Source: Raillietiella orientalis (taxonomy: Eukaryota). Taken from it: a stretch of DNA of 64,000 nucleotides. The stretch covers positions 4,402,001-4,466,000 of the forward strand of contig JAYWIR010000012.1 of NCBI GenBank assembly GCA_036172245.1, in the 5' to 3' direction. This document shows positions 25,150-37,149 of the stretch, piece by piece. Position 1 is the stretch's first letter; each line of letters starts with the position of its first letter. The notes beneath the pieces are model-generated. The model saw only the letters and a program-made list of their open reading frames with translations. It searched no databases and was not told where the DNA came from. The translations under genes and the position numbers were made by a program.

Positions 25150-26100
25150 CGAGTCATCGCCATCGGAACCAAGCTCGATCAGATGGCAGAACACCATCTA
25201 GTGCTTATCTCACCGGGCCAGAATCTTGAGCTGCGTCCTAGCATAGAGCACATCCGAGGTGCCCAAGCATCCCCGTTTCCTTGCACGAGATCAACTCTCT
25301 TGTTATCCACCGACCACTGCAGGGAAGAAGAAGTTGTGTTTAAAACCCAAGTCTGTAACGGAATTCCCACGATCCATCTTGGGGGTTGTTCAGAGCCATT
25401 TTCACGTTTCCACGTCCGAGGGAAACCCTCCGCTCGTTGTGCTTTCGTTTCCCAATAGTTTTCGACTCGGAACGCACCCGGCTTAAACGCCTCAAATGAA
25501 ATGTTCTTCTCGTGCTCTCTCACAACAGGATGCTCGACTCGGATGATCAGAAACTGCACAGACTGTCAGGTAGTACGGAAACGCTTCCGTGCTCCGCTGA
25601 TGAGGGACTGCCCCTGGATCGTGATTTTTTTTTCTTCCTTCTTCCACCTTTCTGGATCTCTGGAAAATTGAGGATAAATGGACAGCAAATCTCTCACACT
25701 TTGAAAAAAAAAAACAGGATTGCTTTTCCTTGTTTCCGCTTGTTTAATTGATGTCGCTTTTCTCTCTTTTTTTTTTTTTTTTACCTTTTTTTGAAGAAAA
25801 AAAAAAAGAGGAAAAAAAGGTGGCGACTGGCTTATAACGTTTCCTGTTTTCACGCGGAGCAGTGTTAGATGGACTGATTTATATTTTAGATCAAAAGGCA
25901 ATCATGTTCAGGAGCTTGAGTAACCCAAACCCAGGAGCCATAACTTTATTCATGTGCAGGCTGCACGAAACACTGAGCCAATCTTCAAGGAAAAGAACAA
26001 TGCGATTAGGGAGGGCATATTTCAATGTGAAGTTTCAAGTTTTCATGCCAGGGAAAACTGGGAAGTTGGTACAAATGGGCTCTCTGACAAAGACGCGCGC
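25150..26100 (+). mobile_element. Weak CR1-like RT fragment
   Basis: VCNGIP then frameshift RSILG (~25350-25383; cf. vtsGiPqgSILG), SDDQKLHR (~25540; cf. ADDtKLyR), LSQSSRKRTMR..FNVKFQVFMPGK (25973-26057; cf. LsqWsrkWqMrFNv.KckVmhlGk). Confidence 0.35.
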
Positions 26101-27049
26101 GATTCCGTTTCCGTGAGAGCACCGGATGTAAGCAGCCGGACCGAAAAACTTTGTCAAGAAGGAGAAGACGCCGGGAGCAATAAGCGATGAAAGGAGAGCA
26201 AAACAGCAACAGCAACAACAACAACAACAACGATGGCGATGACGACCCCCCGTCCAAAGCGGGAAAAAAAACCCCAAAAAAGAAGAAAGAATGGAAAAAA
26301 AGGAATCAAAGTGGAAAAGCAGAAGGAACCAGGAGGGAAGGAGCAGCAGCTCCAGAGCGGTGTGATCTGCCTCCGCACCAGCTCGAAGACTGAATAATGA
26401 ATGACTTGAATCGACGGGACGTGGCTTCCTTTGTCACAACAGCGCAGCATTTGTTCATCTGCAAACTGCACTAAATTTCCCAAAGAGCTGGGTGTTGGGT
26501 TCAGCTGCGGAACTCTGATTCCTTCAATTGCACTTATTTCTCCTTCCCTCCCTCCCTCCTCCTTCCTTCCCTCTCCCTCCCTCTCCCTCTTTTGAATTAG
26601 CCGAATTTACAACAACTCCCTGGCAAAAATAAAGGAGAGGCTCGACAAGGGACTTTTTCCTTCGCTCGCCCGCCGTCCGACGACACCGTCTCCACGTGAT
26701 CCGAGCTTCCAGCCTCCGGAGATCCACTTCTCTATGGAAACAGTGGAGCACTCATCACTGAAAACACGTGTAGGAGCAATCCAATCTGTTTGAATGTTTT
26801 CTAGCGTGCACTTTCTAGCAGTTCCAAGCTGCCACATTCACGATGCTGAAAGTTGTTTGCCTTCACAGATTCGTCTCTTCTTTTTTTCTTTCTTTCCTTC
26901 CCCCCTCCATTTCTCAAGGTGTATTTTTCCCATGCTTTCACCTATTTTCATCAAAGTCCGCAATGGAGTTTCCTTTCTCAGCTTACAGCTTCTGTCCCAG
27001 GGAAACGGGCCAGACAGTTTTTCGGGCAAGAGGAGTCAGCTTGCCTCCC

Positions 27050-28100
27050 CGTATCCGAACTCGAAGGTTCGGAAGCTGCGGGATCGAGGGATGGCCGGGA
27101 AGGACACGCCGAAGGAGGTGGCGGAGCCACCTCGTCGCACCCTGTGCTCCGCTTCTAACCCGTTGCCTGGTGCCGCGACCTCCCTTTCTTATCATCTGCG
27201 TTGCCGCCTTGTGCGAGGAGCCTCAGGGATTCCGCGGCATGACCAGGAGGACAAGCAAGGATTCCCTTCCCGGGGTTCCCTTCTGCCTGTTGCCTCCCCC
27301 GGAATCAAAGCGTTTCCTGGAGAAGGCTCCCTTCTCCAGGGCGGGGAGAGGGGGGGGGGGAGAGAAGGGGGTCATGGGAACTCAGCGTGCTTCTCGGGGT
27401 GTTCCTTCCACGCCTCCCACTTCCACCCCCCTCTCTCGCATCTTTTTGCTCACGCACGTCAACAGGAAGGACAGCGGCTGTTCGCTTCTCACACCCGCTC
27501 CCCACCCCCTCGACGCCCCTGTCCGTTGCACCCTGGGCACAGGAGACGCCACGGCGCCCGTGGCATCTCCCATGACCAAATGCCGAGCAGCTCATCTTCC
27601 AATGGACGCAAAAAAACCCTCTTGATTTTCGGCGTTTCCCCTTTCCCTCCTGCCCACGAAGAAAATAGGGACGAGTGCACAGGGAAACAAATGCTTCCTG
27701 CAAGAGCGTATGCGCGCGTTTCCACCTTCGTCGCCCTGGAAGCACCTGAAGTTCCGAGGGCGCAGGTCGCTATAAATAGCTCCTTAACAATGACGCACGA
27801 TTTCGTTTCCATGAGAGCGGGTGAGCGCCGGATGTAAATTGCCAGATCGAAAAGAACGCTGTCCTTCTGGAAGGAAGCTCAAGCCGCCCCCGCAGCACCT
27901 GGCGTGGCGCTCACGGCGTTCCGTGGTTGCTCCACCACCCCACGTTGGGACGCACGCCCACCCCATCCCTACTCGCACCAGAGGAGCGCGCAAGTTGCCG
28001 CCTTCCGCGCCGCTGCTCCGGGATGAGCTGCAGGCGTCGCCCCTTGCTGGAAAGTGCACCCCCTTCCTCGGATCCTGCTTTCGGGCTCCGAGAAGGATTC
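27050..28100 (+). mobile_element. Decayed Jockey-like RT, GC-shifted fossil
   Basis: ORF 26794-27837 reads RKLRDRGMAGKDTPKEVAEPPRRTL..ATSLSYH..IPRHDQEDKQGFPSRGSLLPVAS (cf. kkLk.rkapG.Dgip.EvlknlPrkal..clsLsYfp..IPkpgkd....yRpiSLLPv.S). Then PGVA/SVVAP (~27898-27933; cf. GVpqgSVlaP), HAHPIPT (cf. yinDIPT) and LLRDELQA (cf. lyADD.a). A possible C-terminal piece, FSVLFVRPFDEA, lies at ~29720-29760. Confidence 0.55.
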
Positions 28101-30349
28101 TCCTTGGTCTGTTGCTCCTTCCCGTTCTCGCCCCCCTCGCTGGACTGGAAGTCCAGCTCTCGCAGCCTCCCGCGCAGCACGGGAAGGGAAGGGTTCTACC
28201 TACGGGCCCCATCCCCGTGCTGTCTCTCCTGCTTCTCGCCTGGACGCTCAGGCTTTTCCCGGCTTGCTCCTCCCTCCTTATCGCCCCGGAAGGACTCGGG
28301 GATGGACGCTCAAAGAGGGTCTCTCGGCGACCCCTCTCGGTCATCCATTCGGGGCCCTTCCCCGTGAACCCTCCTTCCTTTAAAGGAATGAGACCGGGAT
28401 GCTCCCGTCCCCTTCCTTTGGTTCGGGGAAGAGTCCAGAGGAAAGGGTCACGGTCCCTAGCATTCCCTTCTACCCTTCCCACCTCGTCCCCGAATAGCAC
28501 GGCGGAGGTCATGCCGAGCGTCTTGCCCCCCCACCCCCCGCCGCTGCACTGCGTTCGCGAACGGCTCGTCCTCTCGGCGCTCCCTTGGAATCCCCGGCGG
28601 GACCCCTCCCTGTGCGCCCCTTTCTCGTCTCTGGCTCAGAGGCACAGACTCCGTTCTTTGCTCGGCCTGTGCTGCCGAAAGACCCTCCTCCCCGTGGGGA
28701 CTGCTGTACATGCTCCTAGGGCAACCCCGTGCGCGGGCATGAGATTAGCAAGGGAGGAAGTGAGCGGAGGGGAGGACCTCCCGAATCCTCCCTGGAACGT
28801 TGTAGAGCGTGTCCAGCTGGAAGGACAACCGGGAGGCCGGCGCTTCCAGCTGAGGCCGGAAGGAGGGAGCGTCTCCGGGGTTCTCGGGACGGCCATCCCC
28901 TGCCCCGGATTGAGGCAGGTACCGGGACCGCTCTTGCAGCGCTGACCCTCCGGCGCTGCTCGACAGCGTGCGCGTGCGCAAGTCGCCCGGGAGAACCCCG
29001 CGCGCGAGGGAGGGGGAGAAGGAGGAGTGCGTGGCACCCCGGCTCCGATTTGCGTCACGCCCCCGGGAGCAGGTGCGTCGCAGGGCTCGCGCGTGACGCA
29101 GTTGCCTTCCAGGTCCCGGGGAAGTGTGCCAAGAGCTCGGTGCGAGGAGGGGGAGGGGGTGCAGGTGGCAGTGGGGTCGCCGCTTCGGAAGCGCCGCGAG
29201 AATCCGGGATGGGGCACTCCATGCTGTACCCCTCCCTCGGGTCGCCTGCGCCAGTGGGATGGAGTGGAGGCAGGGGTTCCCATCCGCTTCGCACGGGTCA
29301 CGCTCCTCCCCCTTAATCCACGCGCTCCGGATGCACAGGCCGCGGATGAAGGGCGACTACGTTTCTCTTTGATCCGCAGAGATCCCCTTATCCCTTTCCC
29401 CCTTTTCTCACGGGGGGAGCCTGCCCGGGACCTCCACAGCCCCCACCCCTCACCCCTTATATTTTTTTCCTCTTGGCGAGAGGAAGGTCAGGGAATGCGT
29501 CCTCCGCAGCCGGGGCCGACCTGGCCGGCTGCTGCTGCTACCTCATCTCTCGCCCGTCTACGCAAACGGACTTCTCCTTCCGGGAGCAGACGCTTGCTGA
29601 CATCGACGTCTCCCGGAAGGAGAAGCTCTGCTCTCGTACAAGCGCTCGTTGCAAGGTTCCTTACAGGGTCAGGGCGGACTCCTCCCTTCGCTTTCACTAC
29701 GCACGCACTTCGGCTGAGAACGTTCTCCGTTCTCTTCGTCCGTCCCTTTGACGAGGCGGTTTCGCGCATAACCTCCCATGCAAAGCCCGGGTGTCCGAGA
29801 CGCGTGAGAGTCCCTGACACTCGGGCCGGTTCTGGTCGCGGGCTCTTCTATCGATTCAGGTCAGCCACCGTGTCTCTCTTGCATGCTCCCTCTAGGTGTG
29901 ATATGAACGTGCAGAGCCATCTGCTAGCAACGGAAGAAAGCTCTTATCATTTACGGATGCATCCCAAGGGTGCGTGGAACATTAGATTGCACGCAATTGC
30001 TCAACTACAGATTCTCCTTCATCCCTTGAAAGACTCGACCCAGCACGAAAAGGATGGGTCCTTTCATCCCTAAACAAGACATCCATCTAATACCTTTTTC
30101 TTTCCATCACGCTCCGGTCTCTGATCTTGGTTCAAAGAATGCGAAAACATGAGCATCGGTTTGGTAACCCAAAAGCAAGAAAAGAACTCGTCTTTGTCTG
30201 CCAAAACGTCAAAGAATCTTCCCTGAACACCCAGCTTTAATGCCCGTTGGAAATCATCCCTCCCTAGACCACTTCCTACCAAGTAATCCTGTTCATCCCT
30301 CCTCCCGTCCCATAAGTACACGTAAAAAAGCCCAAACAAAAACGCACAC

Positions 30350-31200
30350 TTTGCCATGCACACATCAGCTGGTCACCGGGAGATCCGTCCAGTCATCATC
30401 TCCTACCACCGCAAAATCACGCGCGCCTCCAATCCACCCTCTACGAACAGCCACCCACCACTTAACTCCCAGCAAAGGATGAGCCCACATCAGAATGTTT
30501 ACAAAGAAGCAGGCACCTGCGGGTCATGGACCACGCCTCAGCTAAGCGAAAGAAATCCCAAGCGCGCGTCTTTTCCAACAGCACGGATAGCCCACGCATC
30601 ACCATCACTGTCGCGTCTCGTTCAGACTGCGAGCCACTCCTCACCTCCGATGTGCCTTCGGCCTCCCCAGCTCCAGGCGCGAACCGCAGCCCTCCGTAGC
30701 AGCGGACCTACCTTGAGTGAGGCTGCCTAAGCCACAGAACCCACCCCATTTCCTGCTCCTCCCGGATCTTCAGTCCACCGTCCTCACCCTCTGTTCCTGC
30801 GTTCCCGAGGTGTATGTGGCTCTGCGCTCCTCCCAGCACCCTCCCCGTGACTCGCGCGCAAGTGGCGCCTTGCCTTTCTGTCCGAGGGATCCCCGCCTCC
30901 CAGGACCACGCCAGGACCCTTCCTGACACCCCCCCACGGACCCATGGACCCCGGATCCAGGTGCCCGGCGAAGGGGCACCTCCTGAGCGGCCTTAGAGGA
31001 ATCCCCCGTTCATCGAGTGACCCGTGCCCACCTTGCCGTCGAGCCCCGCTGCTCACTCGGCCTTGCGCCCTGTGCAGAGCTGCCCTCTCTAGGGAGACCC
31101 GCGACCTTTCCGGCTGCATCTCGAAAGACCGCGCCACTGCTTGGAGGCGGCTCTCGGAGCCGCTTTTAGAGGAGGCCTTTAGAGGAGGGAAGCCGATGCG
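30350..31200 (+). mobile_element. Weak LINE linker/RT N-terminal fragment
   Basis: SERNPKRASF (cf. ikeNPKrf), DPRLPGP (cf. dp.kaPGPDg), SSDPCPPCRRAPLLTRPCAL (cf. sDPgnyRpisLtsipCkl), in the expected order. Confidence 0.3.
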
Positions 31201-32449
31201 GTGGTAGCTTCCTCCTTCCTCTCCCCTCTCCGCCCTACCCCAATTCCCCCTCTCCTCTTCCCTTGCTCCACCCTAGCTTTCTGTGCAACCGCCAAGGGTC
31301 ACCCCTGCGGTTGCAGCCTGGCCTGACGTCCCGTGTCCCTGTGAGAACCTTTCTGTGAAGGTCGTTGTTTCAGGGAGGGAGAGGCGCGTACCCGGTTCCA
31401 GCCCGGCACCCCACCTTTCTTCTCCTTCTCTCATCCCAGACGTCCGCTGCTGACTTCTTCCGGGCATTTCGGGGGCTTCCCTCGGGACGCGTGTCCTCAG
31501 GATCAGGGACTTCTGATGCAGTTTTCCCGGAAGCCACACTTGGATGGGGTGGGGGGGGAGGGAAGTGCTATCGATGCTAGCCGCGTGCTGTCTGCTGCCG
31601 GGGGTCGTCGAGTGCGGGGCTTGCGGATGAGCGAGCGCGCAAGCAGCTGGTACAGCAGGCTGGCGCTGGATGGGCACTCCCCCACGCGTCGACCCGCCCG
31701 TAGAGAGCACCGCGGAAAAGAAGGAAAGGGGAGGGGGGAAGGATAGACCACCTTCTGACCACTGCGGCATCCACCAAGAAGGCAAAAAAAACAGAAAAAA
31801 GAACAGGCCGCCGCCACCTCGCCAGTGCCGTCAGTAGACATCCCCCGCCGTCGTTAGGACGGCGGGAGCGCGGAGGGAGAGGACACGAAAGAGGAAAGCG
31901 ATGGGGGTGGTTGGGTGTCCGCTGAGTGCTCCGCACGGGGCTCGCGCGCCTCCGGTTGCGCTGCTCGCGCGCAGCGGACCCTCTCCGTGGAGCACCCCAA
32001 CGGTGGCGTCCGCTCACGCGCGTGACCGCTTCCAAATTGCAGGAGGGGTTGTGGGGCTGACGCGAAGGATGCTTAGGGCGCACTGAGGAGTGGTAGCGCG
32101 GTCTTCCTGGCTACGGCGATCGGCGGCGAACTGTCGCGTTCGCTCCGTCGGAACCATAAGGTGCTTTCGACACCGCGCGCGCTCGCGGGCGGTGTCGAAA
32201 GCGTCAACCACCGGTGACGTCACGAGCTCCGCCCGCCTGCGGCTGCGTTACGCTAAGGCCTCCCGCTCGTCGAGGGAGGAGGAGGAGGCCTCCGGGCTGC
32301 TGCTGCGGCGGCGGTCCCTCCAGGGTGAGGGTTGTCGCACAGGGACGAACCCTCGCCTTCCCGGAGCTCTAGCGGGCCGGGTGCTGCCCGCATCCTCGGA
32401 TCTCCAGCCTTCCAGGAAAGCAGCCGCGCTCCCAAGACTGCGTAGGGAA

Positions 32450-33045
32450 GCAGCTGCTGTTACTGCAAAGTCTTTCATTACTGCTGGCGTTACTTTCATA
32501 ACGATTGCATCACCGCTTGCGTTGCGTTTCATCCCATCAGCGAAGATAGCGATCTTCGCTGCTGCATGGTTAATATGTCTGACACGAGCAGTCCTTTCAG
32601 TACAACCACTGTTACTGGTGAACTTTCCCTACCATTAACGCTGCCATGACTTACTGCTGTGACCCTTATTCATTCCGAACGTTATTACCATTGCTACTGC
32701 TGTCGTTACCATCACAACTACTACTTTTACTATCATTTCTATCATGATAACGATTGTTTTTTTCAGTTTTCATAGTAGTACTGCTGTTGTTTTCTGAGCT
32801 ATTAATCTTGCAACCATTATTGTCGCACCCTTATTATATATCACCATCGTTTTAATAACCCGTGACTACCATTTTCACTCCTGCTGTTACTACTAATGTT
32901 GGCATCACCATCGCGATTGTCGCTTGCACTAGTATTGTCCATTGTACCACTAATGCTGCTGACTTATCGCTACCATCATCTTTATTGATTACTATTACTG
33001 TTGGCATGAATTCCGTGCCTGCAGCCGCTGCTGCTGCTGTGACAT
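32450..33045. repeat. Decayed trinucleotide microsatellite (ACT/ATC/ATT/GCT/GTT units)
   Basis: Three-base periodic text such as tactgctgttactaccatc, attactattactgtt and ctactacttttactatcatt; AT-rich island inside GC-rich DNA. Confidence 0.75.
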
Positions 33046-34189
33046 CAGGGTTTCTTCTTCCCGCGACAATTTGCAGTGCTGCAGGGATCGCTGGCAAGAC
33101 GGAGCAGCTTCTCCACAGGATGGAGGCCACGCCCACGCAACACCCTGGTGAGCGGATGCAGCTGGTGGATGCTCCGGCGCCAGTTAGGCCGTGGGAAACG
33201 CTGGGGTCCCCTCCCTAGAAGCCTGGAGTCTCCCAAGGAGGGCACTGGTGATCTAAAAGCATCTGAAGACGGTCGTCTCCCGCGCCTGCCTTCAAAGATC
33301 TGACCGAGTGCAATAAAGATGATCTGACGGGCGCTCAGCAGGAGCTTCGCTAGCCAAGAGGAGCGCGGACACCTACGTTCAGGTGTTTCTGCGGTCACTC
33401 GGCGGTTATCTCGTCGGAGCTCACCTACGCCGGAGACCGCCTGCCTCATGTGCTCCGCGCGGAGCCCGAACCCGGCGTGGGGAGCCGCTTGTGTGATACG
33501 TTACGGCTCGTGGGGGCGCGCGCGCATGCGTGGCCATATGGCGGGCGGTGGCTCCGGCCGTGAACTTGCGAACCCGCGTAGAAGGGCAGGGAGCCTCCAT
33601 GTGGACATCCTCGTAGTTTCCTCTTCTGTCTCCAGGAACCACGTGGGTGGGCCTCTGCGGTTCTTCCAGGATCTGATAATCCTGGAAGGAAGGGGGAAGG
33701 GGGAGGGGAGGGAAGGCAATAGGAGGAGGGAGGAACGCAATCGAACTCGATCTCAAAAGAAAAAAAGGATGTGGGTGTCAGGAAGGTCGAAAGGACGGCG
33801 ACGCTTATCTTCGAGCAAAGAGGATGCGGATATCGCGAAACCGGATGCGACGCTTCCCGGAAAAACAGCAAGTCCGCGTGAGCCACAGGGCCTTCCTGAA
33901 ATTTTCGGCGCTCCAGACGCAGTTCTGTCGACGTCATCTCCCCCCCGGAGGGAAGGGGGGGGAGATGGTCACCCTTCTCTCGGTCTCATGATCTGGAAAA
34001 TTCGACCGGTTGCCCGCTTACACGCTGGGTTCATGTCGCCACGGGTCGCTTCTGCTGCTGTCCCCCCACCGTCCGCCGCCCGTACAAGCAACTTCCTCGG
34101 CCCGGTTGAGGGAGACCACGGGCCGGTTGCGCTGCGAACCGCAGCTGGCCACCGTTGCCATAGGAACACCACGAACAGTGATTCTTCCC

Positions 34190-34720
34190 GGACCATTGCT
34201 ACTATTTCTATTGTAACCATCCCGAACACCATTCCTGCAGTGTCCGGTACTTCCGTGGAGCTGCTGCTGCCGGGGTCGTCGGCTCCAGAAATCTCTGATA
34301 CCATTGTGATCATTGCTAGTCTTATCACCATGGCTATTATCACTATTAATCTTATTTCTTCTTACTAGTATTTCCGCTATGGTTACTTGATTCAAGTTAT
34401 GCTTGCTTTCTTTGTCATCATCACCATCATTTTTTCGGTTGCTTAGCCACTGTGGTCGTCGCTGCCACTGTGATTCCTACTAGAGCAACTGTCGCCTTTA
34501 TTATTCCACCACCACAATCGTTTTCGTTGCTATCACTACCGCTTTGCCATTACCACTGCCACTTCTCCAACCAAAACCGCCACCACTGCCGTTCCTTGTG
34601 CCACCGCTCGAACCATCTCCGCCATGATCACCATCGTTGTTGCCAAGATCACGCCACTGTCATCGTCATCAGCGTTACTGCTCGTTCTGCTGCTACTACG
34701 ATTGTTGCGAGTGCGGTTTG
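34190..34720. repeat. Second decayed trinucleotide microsatellite, same strand polarity as 32.45-33.05 kb
   Basis: ccattgctactatttctatt, ctattatcactattaat, gtcatcatcaccatcatt, attaccactgccact. Confidence 0.7.
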
Positions 34721-35959
34721 CATGGTTGAGACCGCAGTGTACGGATGCAGCATCCATGCTGTTTCCCAATCCAGGAGGTGTGTGATGAGAAGAAGGAGAC
34801 GTCGGGGGCTCCTCTGTCACCCCCTGCTCCTCCCCGGAGAGTGTTTCGGAGACACGGAAACACCCCGCATGGCGAGGCTGCTAAATCGAAGATAAGATGA
34901 GTGCAGGCTGCCTAGGGCAGCCACCTTTCGGAAACGGGAAGATCGTGAGGAAATCACGAGATCGTTCCGTTGATTACGAAGACACACGAAAGAGCTCCCT
35001 TATCTTTCTGAGATCCCGTTCCTTTCAGGGGCAGCACCATCTTCCTCTTTCCGCTGCAGCTCCCTGAATGCCCTATTTCGTCTGCTCGGGCGTGTAGCCT
35101 TACCTATAGGAGGAGGAGTACAGTATCTCGGGGAGAGAGGGAGGGGGAAGGGAAGACAAAAGGTTGGCGTTCGCTGAAGACCGCGACCTGCCACTCGCTT
35201 CGGATTATCGGCGACAAGCAGTGGACTCACATAAATGAGGGGAGGGGGGGGGGGAAGAGTGGCGCCGGGGAAGAGCCCGTGGTCTCCCTACCACTTTTTG
35301 CGAGGTTCATTCTTCCGATTTGTGCGAGGGAGGCTAAAGGTCGGTGGAAGGTTCGAGACGGCACGTTTTTGTCGGTTTTGTCCATGTGCACTGCTTGTGC
35401 AGTCGAGGACCAGGGAGGGGGAGGGGGAGGGGTTCGCAGGTCGCAATCCCGAAATTCCGCAGCACAAACTGGAAGCACATTCCCTTCCACGCACAGGTCC
35501 CTTTCGAGATAGGTGCTTTTCTTGGTGTTCCATGCCCCTTCCTATTTTTCTCTCCCAGTCGGTAAGAGTTCGAACTCTAACGGATCTGTTAAAAGCTCAA
35601 GAGTCCGAAACAGGACTCGAACCCTCGGATCATATTATGTTTCGATCCCACGTCAGCCACTTTGCGTTGCGTAGCCGCGGCAATTTGGGGTGCACCCCCT
35701 AACCCAACTCCCAACACCTAGCGTGACAGAGAGGTAGGCGGAGGCCGCGAAGACAGAAGCCAATTAGGACTTCCGAAGATCCTCGGAGGAAGCGCATGAA
35801 CCAGAGATCTAGGAAGGCTCCAAGAACTTTTCTTTCTTTTTTTTTGGCTCTTTCATTTAACATCAAGTTTTTTATTAGCCGATTTTTTGCCTTTTTTTTT
35901 TTTGGAAGACGCACGCACCCGCCCTTCGTCATAAAACGAACGATTGCGATCATCACTAG

Positions 35960-36270
35960 CTGGATGTCAAATGGGCTTCGAATTCGAGAGGCTCAGACAA
36001 AAAATGCTCTCCGCGCAAACGCTAATTTGCTTAAAATTTCCTGCGGCTTTCCTTGTCTGATGCTGGTAAAATACTGCTGCCAGGAACTTTATCTTCCCTG
36101 ATCTCTATTGTTCAGAGGAAGGAAATTGGCGTTCAACAAGAGACTGTCTTCGCCCACTTTGAATTCCAGTCCCGTTTTTCTTTCACGTTTTCCAGAAGTT
36201 TCTCTAAACTCTCTAGTCGCTGGTGTTCTCAGCCTGGCACCATTTGCCTCCTGGAAATTCCTTATGGACT
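35960..36270 (+). mobile_element. Weak LINE post-RT fragment
   Basis: KNALRANANLLKISCGFPCLMLVKY..LYLP (cf. kkAlralnlLk.ls....tLlklYkalvlP) followed by FEFQSRF (cf. le.fQnrf). Confidence 0.25.
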
Positions 36271-37149
36271 ATCGGTGTAGGGTATCAAAGAATAAAGACA
36301 CATCTCTCTTCCTCTTGTTTTGTTTTGTTTCAAAAAAAAAACAAAGGAAGAAGGAAAAGCAGCTTCGGAGCACTTCAAATATTCGTTCCGTCTTTTCCGA
36401 CACACTCACCGTGGAAGCCAAGGATGGACTTCGCGAAGATGCTCCTCCGGCTGCACGAGGTGGCAATTTTCGAAGAACATTCCCCGCTGCACCACGCAAT
36501 CGATCGAAAGCCCACATCTCTGCCTCCGGTTTCGAGAAACTGCGGTAATTGTGCCTAATTGCACCTAATTGGGTACGTGCTTGAGACAACGAGGGCGAGT
36601 GAAGATGTGAACAGAGTCCCGGTTTCGGGGCAACAATGAAGATGGAGCCTTTTCCTCTTCCCCGTGCCTGTCAGGGCTGCGTGCAGGCTTCCCATTTGTG
36701 TGAATGTAAATATAAGGAATCTATTAAATGTGGCTTGTGGTAAATCGATTATATAAATAAGCAGCAGCAAAACGAAAAGTTCGAAGGAATAATTTGGCGT
36801 GTACAACTCGTAAGAAACCTCGTGAGATGAAATTTCTGTGAAAGGCAAAAAACATTTTGGTGCGTGCATGTAATGACTCCTTAATGTTTCTGAAACAAAA
36901 AAAGATTAAAGGATCCGTCCTTTAATCCCCCTTCCCTGTCTTCACAGCCAATGCCAAATGCTTTGCTTGGTTATCTTGAAGTGTATCGATCTTCAGGAAG
37001 AAGAAACTCGCCTTTTAGTGAGATGACCTCTTCCTAGAGTGTAACAGCAATGAGCTTTCTGTAGGTGATAGAAAGGTCTGCAGAAAATGTCAGGTACTGC
37101 TAGTTTCCAGAACCAGATCCTTGAGAATCCAGAGAGGTCCACTGTGCCG

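Noticed and set aside
26400..26520. Minus-strand LVQFADE as an RT YADD motif
   Set aside because: Isolated resemblance with no supporting upstream QG motif, and it conflicts in orientation with the flanking + strand fragments.
32852..33218. Small hydrophobic membrane-protein ORFs (also 33969-34343 and 34452-34895)
   Set aside because: They are translations of decayed trinucleotide repeats.
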